Assembly (NCBI GenBank): GCA_022360695.1
Contig: JAKSCH010000073.1
Coordinates: forward strand, 1-49,432
DNA from: Gemmatimonadota bacterium
Lineage (GTDB): Bacteria > Gemmatimonadota > Gemmatimonadetes > Palauibacterales > Palauibacteraceae
Direction of reading: 5' to 3'
Length of the DNA stretch: 49,432 nucleotides
The position numbers and the translations under genes were made by a program. This document shows, piece by piece, positions 8,867 through 18,536 of the stretch; the first letter of the stretch is position 1; every line of letters begins with the position of its first letter. Under the pieces are notes generated by a model, which ran no database searches, had not been told where the DNA came from, and saw only the letters and a list, made by a program, of their open reading frames with translations.

Positions 8867-10186
8867 ATGAGCGGAGCCCACCACCGTCGCCGACCCGCGC
8901 TCGTTCTTCTCTTCCTCGCGTCGATCGGCGCCTGGGGCTGTCAGGTCCAGCCGACCACCGCATCCGCCACGTTCAGCGCGCCCGCGTTGGGTACCGTGGC
9001 GCCCGAGGTCGTGGGGATGTCGTCGCAGCGGCTCGCCCGGCTCACCGGCGCCATGCAGTCGCTGATCGATGAGGGCCGACTCGCAGGGATGACCACGATG
9101 CTCGCGCGTCACGGTCAGGTGGTCCACTTCGAGACGTACGGCTACCGCGATCTCGAGGCCGGCGATCCGATGTCGGAGGACGCGATCTTCCGCATCTACT
9201 CGATGACCAAGCCGATCACCGGCGTCGCCCTCATGATGCTGTACGAAGAAGGCAAGTTCCGGCTCTCGGATCCCGTAGCCCGGTATATCCCCGAGCTCGC
9301 CGATCTCGAGGTCGCGGCAGGCGAAGGACCGAGCGGTCCGATCGTGGTAGACGCGAGCCACCCGATGACGATCCGCGAGCTCATGACGCACACGGCGGGG
9401 CTCAGCTACGGCATCTTCTCGCAGTCGCAGGTCGACGACATGTACCGCGAGGCCGATGTGCTGAGCTCGGAGCAGACCCTCCGCGACATGATCGAGAAGC
9501 TGGCCGAGATCCCGCTGCGTCAGCAGCCGGGGTCACAGTGGCACTACTCCATCGCGGTCGATGTGCAGGGCTATCTAGTCGAGGTGCTGTCGGGTCAGAC
9601 CTTCGAGGAGTTCCTGCACGAACGGATCTTCGACCCGCTCGGCATGGTCGATACCGGCTTCCACGTGCCACCGGAGAAGGCCGAGCGTTTCGCTCAGGTC
9701 TATACCTACGAGGAAGACCGGTCGCTCGTCCCGCAGGAGGGGCTGACCGAGGAGTACGCGGTCCAGTGGTTCGAGCCCGCGACGTTCTTCTCCGGGGGCG
9801 GCGGGTTGGTGTCGACGACGGCCGACTACATGCGGTTCGCCCAGATGATGTTGAACGGTGGCGAGCTCGACGGCGTACGGATCCTGTCGCCGACGACGGT
9901 CGCGATGATGCGGACGAATCACTTGCCCGAGATGCTCTCCGAGTTCGCGCCGGGCCTCGGGTTCGGGCTCGACTTCGCGGTCATCACGGATCCGGTCGCC
10001 GCGGAAGGGGTCTCGAAGGGCGAGTACTACTGGGGCGGCGCGGCCGGTACCTGGTTCTGGATCGATCCGGTCGAGGACCTGGTCTTCGTCGGGATGATCC
10101 AGCAGTTCGGCGAAGGTCGACCCGACGTTCGCTCGCTCTCGCGGCGGCTCGTCTACCAGGCGATCACCGAAACCGCGGTCCGTTGA
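8867..10186 (+). CDS. Serine hydrolase of the beta-lactamase/transpeptidase-like fold (lipoprotein)
   Basis: I trimmed ORF 8384..10186 to the ATG at 8867, which is preceded by AGGAGG at 8857-8862. The lipobox-like signal is LLFLASIGAWGC. The SxxK nucleophile motif is IYSMTKPITG, and the family also shows WGGAAGT. Confidence 0.85.
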   Translation: MSGAHHRRRPALVLLFLASIGAWGCQVQPTTASATFSAPALGTVAPEVVGMSSQRLARLTGAMQSLIDEGRLAGMTTMLARHGQVVHFETYGYRDLEAGDPMSEDAIFRIYSMTKPITGVALMMLYEEGKFRLSDPVARYIPELADLEVAAGEGPSGPIVVDASHPMTIRELMTHTAGLSYGIFSQSQVDDMYREADVLSSEQTLRDMIEKLAEIPLRQQPGSQWHYSIAVDVQGYLVEVLSGQTFEEFLHERIFDPLGMVDTGFHVPPEKAERFAQVYTYEEDRSLVPQEGLTEEYAVQWFEPATFFSGGGGLVSTTADYMRFAQMMLNGGELDGVRILSPTTVAMMRTNHLPEMLSEFAPGLGFGLDFAVITDPVAAEGVSKGEYYWGGAAGTWFWIDPVEDLVFVGMIQQFGEGRPDVRSLSRRLVYQAITETAVR

Positions 10187-11073
10187 CGGCAGGGACTCGC
10201 CGCCTCGCGCTTCTCGGCGCGGGCGTCGCGGGGTCGCTGACCGTCCTCCCGGTCGCGGGTCAATCCGGAACCGACGCCGAGCTCGTCGTGGATCCACCCA
10301 TCGAGTGCGGCCCGTGTCTGGCCTGGAATGCCCCGCAGGGACCGGTGCAGCTCGCGCCCCGAACCTGGTACGTAGGGCCCGGAGGGCTCTCCGCCGTGCT
10401 GATCGACTCGGGCGAAGGTCTCATCCTCCTCGATGGAGGGCTTCCTCAGAGCGCGCCGATCATCGCCGAGAACATACGGTCGCTCGGATATCGTCTCACC
10501 GACATCGAGATCTTGGGGCTGTCGCACGCGCACTTCGACCATGCCGGCGGTCTGGCGGCGCTCCAGCGCGCGAGCGGCGCTCGTCTCGTCGCGCGCGAGC
10601 CGGCGGCGAAGGTGCTCCTCGCGGGTGAGCTGCAGCCGGACGACCCGCAGTTCGGCATGTCGGGCTCCGGATTCCCGCCCGTAGCCTCGGTCGAAGTGAT
10701 CGATGATGGATGGTCCCCTGGCCTCGGCGAGCTGGGACTGACCGCGATTGCGACGCCGGGACACACCCCGGGCGGGACCTCCTGGACCTGGCGCGTTTGC
10801 GAAGAGGGTCGCTGTCGGACCATCGCCTACATCGACAGCCTGAGCCCCGTCTCGCGCGATGGGTTCCGGTTCAGCGAGGGGACGGGGGACGTGCTGCGAG
10901 AAAGCATAGCTCGCATCGCGGCGCTCGAGTGCGACGTGTTTCTCGCTCCCCACCCGCAATTCTTCGGGTTTCAGCGCGACTCGAGCGATGACGAAGCGTA
11001 TAGCTGCGCCGCGTACGCGGCCTCATCGCTCGAATGGCTCGAGCGCCGACTCGAATCGGAGCGCGCGCCCTAG
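10183..11073 (+). CDS. Subclass B3 metallo-beta-lactamase-fold hydrolase
   Basis: Motifs: WNAPQGPVQLAPRTWYVG, LSHAHFDHAGG (HxHxDH), GHTPGGTSWTW and CDVFLAPHP. All match the L1/GOB-type B3 pattern as I recall it. The signal peptide ends PVAGQ. The best start is the in-frame TTG at 10183, which overlaps the upstream stop (TTGA). The start is uncertain. Confidence 0.8.
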   Translation: MTAGTRRLALLGAGVAGSLTVLPVAGQSGTDAELVVDPPIECGPCLAWNAPQGPVQLAPRTWYVGPGGLSAVLIDSGEGLILLDGGLPQSAPIIAENIRSLGYRLTDIEILGLSHAHFDHAGGLAALQRASGARLVAREPAAKVLLAGELQPDDPQFGMSGSGFPPVASVEVIDDGWSPGLGELGLTAIATPGHTPGGTSWTWRVCEEGRCRTIAYIDSLSPVSRDGFRFSEGTGDVLRESIARIAALECDVFLAPHPQFFGFQRDSSDDEAYSCAAYAASSLEWLERRLESERAP

Positions 11074-11310
11074 CCCCTCGCGAACTCGTCTTTCAGGACC
11101 GTGAACGCCCGACGATACCCGTCGTCGACGGTCTCGCCAGCGATACGAGTTGATCGCGCTGCGCGTGTATACGTCGCTGGCCGAATCCGCCTGCATCTGA
11201 CGCGTTTCGCCGCCGGAGCTCGCTCGGCTGTTGCCGGGGCCGTAGACGTCGATGAGGACGACGCTCGCGCCCCGCCGATTCAGGTGGTATGCAGTCCACA
11301 CGCCGCCGGT
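11074..11310 (-). pseudogene. Remnant of an FAD-dependent oxidoreductase (DAO/sarcosine-oxidase-like N-terminus)
   Basis: The minus-strand frame reads TGGVWTAYHLNRRGASVVLIDVYGPGNSRASSGGETRQM. This resembles the region just after the GxGxxG loop of DAO-type flavoenzymes. An in-frame TGA lies immediately upstream (11311-11313) and no Rossmann beta1 strand is present. The frame runs into the 3' end of the MBL gene. Confidence 0.35.
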
Positions 11311-11379
11311 TCATCGATGTGCCCCCCTGCTCGAGCGCGTCTCTATACCGGTGGAACCACGTACGTAGGCAACGGTGCC

Positions 11380-14232
11380 CTACGGCCTGCGGTCCTCCGC
11401 GTTCGAGAGCGCGATCGCGTTGAACAGGAACTTGAACGTCGCATGCGGCTGCGCGCGCCGCGTGATCAGCGGACCGAAGAGATACAGGGTGCCGTCGCCG
11501 ACCTGCGCCTCGGCCATGGTCACGCCCTCCGCCAGATACTCCTGCCCCCAGGCCCAACCGCTCACGAGCGGCTCGTCCGAGTCGAACCAGGCCAGCGGCC
11601 GAACCGACGACGTCATGTCGCTGTCCTGCGTCTCGAGCGCGGTCGGCCGGAAGACCGGGCTGTTGTTGAACGAGACCATGAGGTCGGAGGGTATCCCGGT
11701 CGCAACCGGCGCGGTGTCGTCGACGCGGACGCGGAGGATCGAGCCCGGGACGTAGTACTTCTCGCGCGTGAGCTCGCCGTCCGCGTCGACCAGGTGGTCC
11801 TCGAGCGGGAGACCGAGCGCCTTGCCGAGATCCGTCGAGCCCCCGATGGTCACGATCGAGCCCCCGTCCTCGAGGAACTCGCGAAGCGGCTCGAGCGTCC
11901 TCTCCGGCGTGACGCGACCGAGCCGATCGTGGTACTCGGTCGGGATCACCTCGGGGTCCGGTCCCCGGAACTGCCGCTCCATCTGGGCGCGCAGCGAATC
12001 GGGCACCCCCGCGAAGAACTCTTCGAACTGCGAGCCGATCGCGCCGTGCGGGAACACGATCACGTCGAAGTCGTCGTGCAGGTCACCCGCGTTTAGCCGT
12101 TGCGGGTAGACGACCTCCATGTCGGCGTACTCGAACTGCTCGAGGATCCAGCGAATCCAACCCGATGGCATCGAGCCACCGTACTGATCCCAAAGCGCAA
12201 TGCGTGGCTCGTTCAGCCGCATGGCATCGACCTCCGGGTCGAGCTCGACGCCGGTGAAGTCGATCCCGAGCTCGACCGCTAGGTCCGCGACCTGATCGAA
12301 CGACGCCCCCTTCGCGAAGAAGGTGCCGGCCGGGTGCGTCGAGCCGTCGTCCACGTCCACGGACTCGGTCAGCCAGTAGACCTCGCGTCCGGCGGCCTGG
12401 AGCCGGTTGATCGCGATGAACGCGTCGTTGGCTTCGTGGCCGAACAGATAACCGTCGGCACCGTTGTGCATCCCGCCGACCGTGCCGGCGAGCGGCTCGG
12501 CGTTCCACGTCTCGATCGGTAGGAAGGGTCCGCTGAACCCGTCGAGAATCCGATCGAACTCCACCCCCATCTGTAGCGCGAGCGTCCACCCCGCGTTGTC
12601 GTATGGCGGGGTCGGTGGGGCCCCGGGGTACTGGAAGTCGTTCGGGTGATCCTGAGGCTCGAACATGTCGAGGACGTGCGGCCGGAACGCCTGTGCCGCT
12701 TGCACGACGAACGAGCCCGTCGGATACGTCCGCCCGTTCACCTCGAAGTTCGCGGTGGCGCGGTGCACGATCGTGCCGGTCTCGAGCAGCGAGTTCACGA
12801 ACTTCGTGGCGGTGCCGAAGTCGGGTTGATCCGCCGGGATGATGTACCCGCGTGGATCGCGGGTCTCCGGGGTGAACATCTTGAGGTAGTCGTCGCGGTC
12901 TCCGGCGGTGAGACTGAACCCTCCGACCGTTTGCGCGAAGTCGACGCCGTCGCGATCGAGGTCGAGCTCGGACGCCAGCGCATCCGCCCGCTTGGGGTGG
13001 ATCGTCCAGTGGTCGCGACTCCCCCGCTCGATCGAGTTCATCCCCATGCGCCAGATGCGGTAGAGGAAGGTCTCGCGGTAGCGCGACGCCAGGTCGAGGA
13101 CCGCCTTGTTGGCCGTCACCGAGTAGTCGACGGACTGTCGGAAGTGCCACGGCTGCGGCTGGATCGGCGCGGGAAGCCCATCGTTGGGCACGATGCGTCC
13201 CATGACGAGGGGGATCTCCATCGGCGTCGGGTGACCGATGGTCTCGGTGAGCAGACCGATCATGTTGTGGAAGTACGGCGTGGTGCGCAGACCCCCGTTC
13301 CACCACGTCGAGTAGTTGGCCCCGCGCCGACGCGTCGCCCCCGGCTTGCCCTCCGCCGTGAATCGCGAGTGCATCGCGGAGCCCACGAGATCGATCCCCG
13401 TGATGACCATCGGATCGATGTTGTAGTTGAACGGATCCCGGAACGGCGGCGCGAACATCACGGTCCCGGTGGGCCCGGTCTGGTGGTGGTTGTAGACGAT
13501 CTGCGGGTACCACTCGCGGTACATCACGCGGTTCATGTTCTCCGACTCTGGCTGCGTCGAAGCGTAGAAATCGCGGTTGTTGTCGTGTCCGACGTACTTC
13601 TGGTACAGGACCGGCACGCCGCGGGTCGAACGGTGGGCCTCCTCCTCGGTGCGCATGTACCAGTTCGACACCAGGTCCATCCCATCGGGATTCGCGTGGA
13701 CGAACAGGATCACGACGTCGTCGAGGATCCGCATCGTCTCGTCATCGGTGCCGCTCACGAACTGCCATAGCGTCTCCATGAGCTGCTGCGCGCCGAGCAC
13801 CTCGGTCGCATGGAGTCCGCCATCGATCCACACCACCGCCTTGCCCTCCCGTGCCAGCGCCCGCGCTTCGTCCTCATCGACGCCTTGCGCGCGCGCGAGA
13901 CGGGCCGAGATCTCGCGATACCGGTCCAGGTCGGCGTGGTTCTCCGGTGACGTGACGATCGCCATCAACTGCTCGCGACCTTCGGCGGTCTGCCCGATCG
14001 ATTGCAGCGTCATGCGAGGCGACTCGGACGCCAGCGTCTCCCAGTAGCCGGTGAGATCCGCGTAGTCCGGCAGCTCGTAGTCGGCGCCGATGTCGTGGCC
14101 GAAGAAATCCTGCGGGCTCGTGAGGCTCTGCGCCGCCATGACGCTCGGGCTCACGAGGCCAGCGGCGACCGTCAAGGCGGCGAGTGAGCGACGAAGCGCA
14201 CGGTCGTGCGCGACGGGGGAGTCCGATCGCAT
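11380..14232 (-). CDS. Large exported M14-family metallocarboxypeptidase-like protein
   Basis: I trimmed ORF 11380..14448 to the ATG at 14232 (cat at 14230-14232), preceded by AGGAG. The signal peptide ends VMAAQS. The HxxE zinc motif is GGLHATEVLG, and FVHANPDGMD is also present. It has a long C-terminal extension. Confidence 0.85.
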   Translation of the reverse strand: MRSDSPVAHDRALRRSLAALTVAAGLVSPSVMAAQSLTSPQDFFGHDIGADYELPDYADLTGYWETLASESPRMTLQSIGQTAEGREQLMAIVTSPENHADLDRYREISARLARAQGVDEDEARALAREGKAVVWIDGGLHATEVLGAQQLMETLWQFVSGTDDETMRILDDVVILFVHANPDGMDLVSNWYMRTEEEAHRSTRGVPVLYQKYVGHDNNRDFYASTQPESENMNRVMYREWYPQIVYNHHQTGPTGTVMFAPPFRDPFNYNIDPMVITGIDLVGSAMHSRFTAEGKPGATRRRGANYSTWWNGGLRTTPYFHNMIGLLTETIGHPTPMEIPLVMGRIVPNDGLPAPIQPQPWHFRQSVDYSVTANKAVLDLASRYRETFLYRIWRMGMNSIERGSRDHWTIHPKRADALASELDLDRDGVDFAQTVGGFSLTAGDRDDYLKMFTPETRDPRGYIIPADQPDFGTATKFVNSLLETGTIVHRATANFEVNGRTYPTGSFVVQAAQAFRPHVLDMFEPQDHPNDFQYPGAPPTPPYDNAGWTLALQMGVEFDRILDGFSGPFLPIETWNAEPLAGTVGGMHNGADGYLFGHEANDAFIAINRLQAAGREVYWLTESVDVDDGSTHPAGTFFAKGASFDQVADLAVELGIDFTGVELDPEVDAMRLNEPRIALWDQYGGSMPSGWIRWILEQFEYADMEVVYPQRLNAGDLHDDFDVIVFPHGAIGSQFEEFFAGVPDSLRAQMERQFRGPDPEVIPTEYHDRLGRVTPERTLEPLREFLEDGGSIVTIGGSTDLGKALGLPLEDHLVDADGELTREKYYVPGSILRVRVDDTAPVATGIPSDLMVSFNNSPVFRPTALETQDSDMTSSVRPLAWFDSDEPLVSGWAWGQEYLAEGVTMAEAQVGDGTLYLFGPLITRRAQPHATFKFLFNAIALSNAEDRRP

Positions 14233-14374
14233 CGTGTTATCTCCTGATTCGAGGCGGACGCGGCGCGCGGCGAAAACGCCCGGGAGCACCGCGACCCTGC
14301 ATGTTAGCACCGCGAGATCGGGGGCGCCCGAGGCGGGATCGAGAATCGACGGCGTCGGGGCGCGCGGGGGAAGC

Positions 14375-14400
14375 GGCCGGGACGCTCGAGCGCCCCGGCC
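14375..14400 (-). terminator. GC-rich hairpin just downstream of the BNR gene stop
   Basis: ggccgggacgc-tcga-gcgccccggcc pairs at 10 of 11 positions around a 4-nt loop. It begins 11 nt past the stop at 14411. No U-tract follows, so terminator function is only inferred. Confidence 0.3.
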
Positions 14401-14410
14401 GTTCAGCGGT

Positions 14411-17400
14411 TCAGCGAAGCGGGGGAACCGGAATCTCGATCGGGTCACCGAGGTCCGTCCCGATACCCGCGGCGCTCATGGCGTCGAACAGCGCGGGCAT
14501 GCGCGTCGTGATGAGCGTGTTTACGCGCTCGACGGCGCCCGGAAGCGCGGCCCAGCCTCGCTCGATGCTCCAGAGCATGTTGGCCGTGGGCGCGGCGTGA
14601 TACGAGCCCAGCGAGCCGGTGACGCCCGCACCCCCCCTCGCCTTGCCGAGCTCGTCGCCGATCTCATCGAGATCCTCCTCGATGGCTTCGATCTCCTCCG
14701 TCAGCGACTCCGGCGCGTCCGCCGTCTTCTCGACCTTACCCTTCGCCTCCGATAGCTGCTCGCGGATCCGACCCACCGCGGCGAGCGCCTCGTTCGTCGG
14801 CGTCGCGAGCTCGTACGCGCTCATGAGCGCGGTCTGTCGCGCCGCGAGATCGTCCATCCCGATCTGAACTCGGGGATCGAGCCGTACCTCGACCGCGGTC
14901 TCCGCTGTCTGACCCGCCGCGTTCAGACGAGCGGTGTACGTGCCGGGCAGCACCATCGGAGCCTGCGACCGTCCACGGAAGAAGTTCCCGCCACCGGGTG
15001 CGGCGGCCGGCGGTTCGTAACGGAGATCCCAGATCACCTCGTGCAGCCCACGCGCCCCACCGCCTTCGAGCTCTCTGACCACACCACCGTCGGCGTCGAG
15101 GATCGTGATGGTCGCCTTCGAGCCATCGGCCTCACGCCCGCCCTCCCTCGAGCCATCGCCGTCGGCCATCGGTCCGGATCCCACGGGGTTCTCTTCCCCG
15201 CCGCCGCCGCCTTGCGCCACGGGTTGATCGGCCGTCAGCTCGGTCCCGAGCCAGTAGCGGATCCGCGCGCCGCGCGGCGGGTTCTCGGCCTCGAACACGC
15301 CCGGCGTCCACCCCTGCGGCGTGTGGATGTTGTACGCGGTAGCCAGTCGTGTATCGAACAGATGGACATCCGAAGCGAGCACGGTCTGGCTCATCTGCTC
15401 GAGCGGCGTGATGTCCTCCATGATCCAGATCCCACGACCGTGGGTGCCGATCACCAAGTCGTTCTCGCGCGCTTGGATCTGGATGTCGTCGACCGGCACG
15501 GTCGGCAGGTTCCGAGCGAGGGGGTGCCACGCGTCGCCCGCGTCGATCGAGAAGTAGACACCGATCTCGTTCCCCGCGAACAGGAGGTTCGCGGCGTGCG
15601 GGTGCTGTTGTAGCGCGTTCATCGACCAACCGTCCGGTAGGCCGTCGGTGATCGCTCGCCAGGACTGGCCGAAGTCGTTCGTCACGTAGACGTACGGCGC
15701 GAAGTCGTCGTTTCGGTGGTTGTCACCGGCGACCCATGCGGTTCCCGCGTCGCCGTGCGAGGCGACGATCCGGGTCATGTACACCTGCTCGGGCAAGCCG
15801 GGCATGTTCGGCGCGACGTTCGTCCATGTCGCGCCACCGTCGCGCGTGACCTGCACGTTCCCGTCGTCGCTTCCCGCCCACAGGACCATGGGATCGATCG
15901 ACGATTCGGCGAGCGAGACCAGGTTGCCGAACGTCGAGGTGCCGTCGTTCGCGGACATCATCGGCTCGTCGCCCATGACGCCCATGATCGACAGCGTCGT
16001 CCGATCGATGTTCTTCGTCAGGTCCGGGCTGATCTCCTCCCACCGCTGACCGAAGTCCGTCGATTTGAAGACGTGGTTGCCGCCGTAGTAGATCGTGCTC
16101 GGATCGTGGCTCGAGAGCACGATCGGCGCGTTCCAGTTCCACCGGTAGTTCAGGTCGTCCGAGTCCATCTCGGCTTCTTCGGCGGCCGACGGCGTACGGA
16201 TCGGACGCATGCGGAGCGCCTCGTTGGTAGCGAGGTTCTTCCGGTAGATGTTGCCGTTCTGCGACTCCCCGAGCATGAGCGGCTCGGTCGGGTGCATGAC
16301 GGTGAAGAACCCATCGCCACCACCCACGTTGTACCAGTCCCTGGGCCGAATCCCCTGGTTCGACCAGGTCTCGGAAGGCGCGCACCACGATCCGTTGTTC
16401 TGGAGCCCTCCACACACATGATAGGGATCTCGGTCGTCGACGCCGATCTCGTAGAACTGCGCGAGCGGAAGATTCGTGAGCTGCCGCCAGTTGTCGGACC
16501 GATCCCAGCTGATCGAGACGCCACCATCACCACCCAGAATCAGGTGGCTCGAGTTTGCGGGGTTGATCCAGAGCGCGTGGTGATCGGAGTGCACTTCGGA
16601 CGCGGCGTCGGGGGTGAAGTTGTTCCCGCCGTCCGACGACCGGTACATGTTCGCGCCGCCCAGATAGATCCGCTCCGGGTCGTTCGGGTCGATCCAGATC
16701 TGGCTGTAGTACATGGGGCGGTTGTTCGTCGTGCTGACCTGCGCCCAGGTCTCGCCGCGGTCGGTCGATTTGTAGACACCCGTCTTTCGATCCGGCGCTC
16801 CCGGCCCGAACCCTCCCTGACCCGGTCGTCGCGCATCCGCCTCGACGATCGCGTACACCAGGTTGCCATCGCCTCGGAAGATCTCGAGACCGATGCGACC
16901 CATATCGCCGTTGGGGAGCCCCTCGGTGAGCTCCGTCCAGTTGTCGCCCCCATCCGTGGTGCGGTAGATCCCGCTGCCGGGCCCGCCCCCGTTGAACCCC
17001 CACAGGGCACGTTGCCGCTGGTACATCGCGGCGAAGAGCGTCTCGGGGTCGTGGTGATCCATGACCAGATCGATCGCCCCGGTGTGGTCGTCGATGTAGA
17101 GGACGTGCTCCCACGACTCTCCGCCGTCCGTGGTGCGGTAGACGCCGCGCTCCGGGTTGGAGCCCCACAGGTGTCCGACCGCGGCGACGTAGGCCACGTC
17201 CGGATCGCGCGGGTGGACCTGTATGCGCGAGATATGGTGTGTGTTCGTGAGGCCGAGGTGTTCCCACGTCAGACCCGCATCCGTGGAACGGAAGACGCCC
17301 ATCCCCCAAGGCGAGCTCTGACGATTCTGCGGCTCGCCCGTCCCGACCCACACGACGTTCGGGTTCGACGGAGCGAGCGTGACGTCGCCGAGCGATGCCG

Positions 17401-17686
17401 TCGGCTGGTCGTCGAACACGGGCTCGAACGTGGTCCCGCCGTTGATCGTCTTCCACAGGCCACCGGTCGCGGTGCCGACGTAGAACGTCGATGGATCGTT
17501 CTCGTCGACCGCAAGATCCGCCACGCGACCGCCCATGATGGTCGGTCCGATCTGGCGCCACTCGAGCGCCGCGGTGGCCGCCTCCAGGTCCGTCGCCTGA
17601 CCGGCGGCCATGGCGGGCCAATGGAGGATCCCGGCGAGCAGCGCCAGGGGGATTCCGCAAGCAAACCGTCGGAGATACGTGCGCAT
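14411..17686 (-). CDS. Exported BNR/sortilin(VPS10)-like repeat protein
   Basis: 1091 aa with a signal peptide ending AMAAGQ. The motifs S.D.G.TW/SxDxGxxW recur (STDAGLTWE, TTDGGESWE, TTDGGDNWT, STDRGETWA, TRDGGATWT, TNDFGQSWR). The C-terminus has a Gly-rich insert and a coiled coil. Confidence 0.85.
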   Translation of the reverse strand: MRTYLRRFACGIPLALLAGILHWPAMAAGQATDLEAATAALEWRQIGPTIMGGRVADLAVDENDPSTFYVGTATGGLWKTINGGTTFEPVFDDQPTASLGDVTLAPSNPNVVWVGTGEPQNRQSSPWGMGVFRSTDAGLTWEHLGLTNTHHISRIQVHPRDPDVAYVAAVGHLWGSNPERGVYRTTDGGESWEHVLYIDDHTGAIDLVMDHHDPETLFAAMYQRQRALWGFNGGGPGSGIYRTTDGGDNWTELTEGLPNGDMGRIGLEIFRGDGNLVYAIVEADARRPGQGGFGPGAPDRKTGVYKSTDRGETWAQVSTTNNRPMYYSQIWIDPNDPERIYLGGANMYRSSDGGNNFTPDAASEVHSDHHALWINPANSSHLILGGDGGVSISWDRSDNWRQLTNLPLAQFYEIGVDDRDPYHVCGGLQNNGSWCAPSETWSNQGIRPRDWYNVGGGDGFFTVMHPTEPLMLGESQNGNIYRKNLATNEALRMRPIRTPSAAEEAEMDSDDLNYRWNWNAPIVLSSHDPSTIYYGGNHVFKSTDFGQRWEEISPDLTKNIDRTTLSIMGVMGDEPMMSANDGTSTFGNLVSLAESSIDPMVLWAGSDDGNVQVTRDGGATWTNVAPNMPGLPEQVYMTRIVASHGDAGTAWVAGDNHRNDDFAPYVYVTNDFGQSWRAITDGLPDGWSMNALQQHPHAANLLFAGNEIGVYFSIDAGDAWHPLARNLPTVPVDDIQIQARENDLVIGTHGRGIWIMEDITPLEQMSQTVLASDVHLFDTRLATAYNIHTPQGWTPGVFEAENPPRGARIRYWLGTELTADQPVAQGGGGGEENPVGSGPMADGDGSREGGREADGSKATITILDADGGVVRELEGGGARGLHEVIWDLRYEPPAAAPGGGNFFRGRSQAPMVLPGTYTARLNAAGQTAETAVEVRLDPRVQIGMDDLAARQTALMSAYELATPTNEALAAVGRIREQLSEAKGKVEKTADAPESLTEEIEAIEEDLDEIGDELGKARGGAGVTGSLGSYHAAPTANMLWSIERGWAALPGAVERVNTLITTRMPALFDAMSAAGIGTDLGDPIEIPVPPLR

Positions 17687-17798
17687 GGGGACACCTCGTG
17701 GGATGGGGTCGAGCCGTACGTTATCCTAACAATTCGGAGACAGAAACCGCTGGAGACACGAAAGGAAGCGCGCTATCGAGTCGCTCGACGAGCTCCGA

Positions 17799-18536
17799 AT
17801 GGAGCGGATGACCTCGCCCGAGATCGCGGAGGCGATCGCGGGGGGCTACACGACCGTCGTCGTGGCCACCGGTGCCGTCGAGCAGCACGGCGCGCACCTC
17901 CCGCTGTTCATGGACGCCGAGCACGGGGATCGGCTGGCGCTCGAAGTGGCGGAGCGGATCGGCGGGGCGTTGGTCGGTCCCACCATCCGGGTCGGGTGCT
18001 CGCAGCACCATATGTCGTTCGCCGGTACCGTGTCGCTCGAGCGTGAAACGTTCCACCGGGTATGCACGGACTATTGCGTGAGCCTGGCCGCACACGGGTT
18101 TCGACGCATCTGCTACATTCCGACTCACGGCGGCAACTTCGATCCGTTACGGGAGGGGTTGGCGGCGCTCAACGAAGCGGCGGGGGCCGAGTGTTCGGTA
18201 GAGGCGTACACGAACCTCATGGAGGTCATCGACGTATGGCGCGACATCGCCCAGCGAGAAGCGGGGCTTGGCGAGCGGGTGGGGGGTCACGCGGACATAG
18301 CAGAGACATCGATCATGATGGCCCTTCACCGCGACCTCGTGCGGACGGAGCTGGCCGAAGCCGGGTTCTCCGCAAAGCCGGAGGAGCGGGCCGAGCTCGT
18401 CGATCGCATGATCCGCGAAGGCTTCGCGGCCGTGACGCCTAATGGGATCCTCGGCGACGCTCGCGGAGCGACCCCGGAGCTCGGTGAGCGGATGATCGAC
18501 GGGCTGGCCGACGCGATGGCCGCGACGTTCCGATGA
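17799..18536 (+). CDS. Creatininase-family amidohydrolase
   Basis: TTVVVATGAVEQHGAHLPLFMDAEHG matches the creatininase-family EQHGPHLPL motif, and the size (245 aa) is typical. Confidence 0.85.
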   Translation: MERMTSPEIAEAIAGGYTTVVVATGAVEQHGAHLPLFMDAEHGDRLALEVAERIGGALVGPTIRVGCSQHHMSFAGTVSLERETFHRVCTDYCVSLAAHGFRRICYIPTHGGNFDPLREGLAALNEAAGAECSVEAYTNLMEVIDVWRDIAQREAGLGERVGGHADIAETSIMMALHRDLVRTELAEAGFSAKPEERAELVDRMIREGFAAVTPNGILGDARGATPELGERMIDGLADAMAATFR

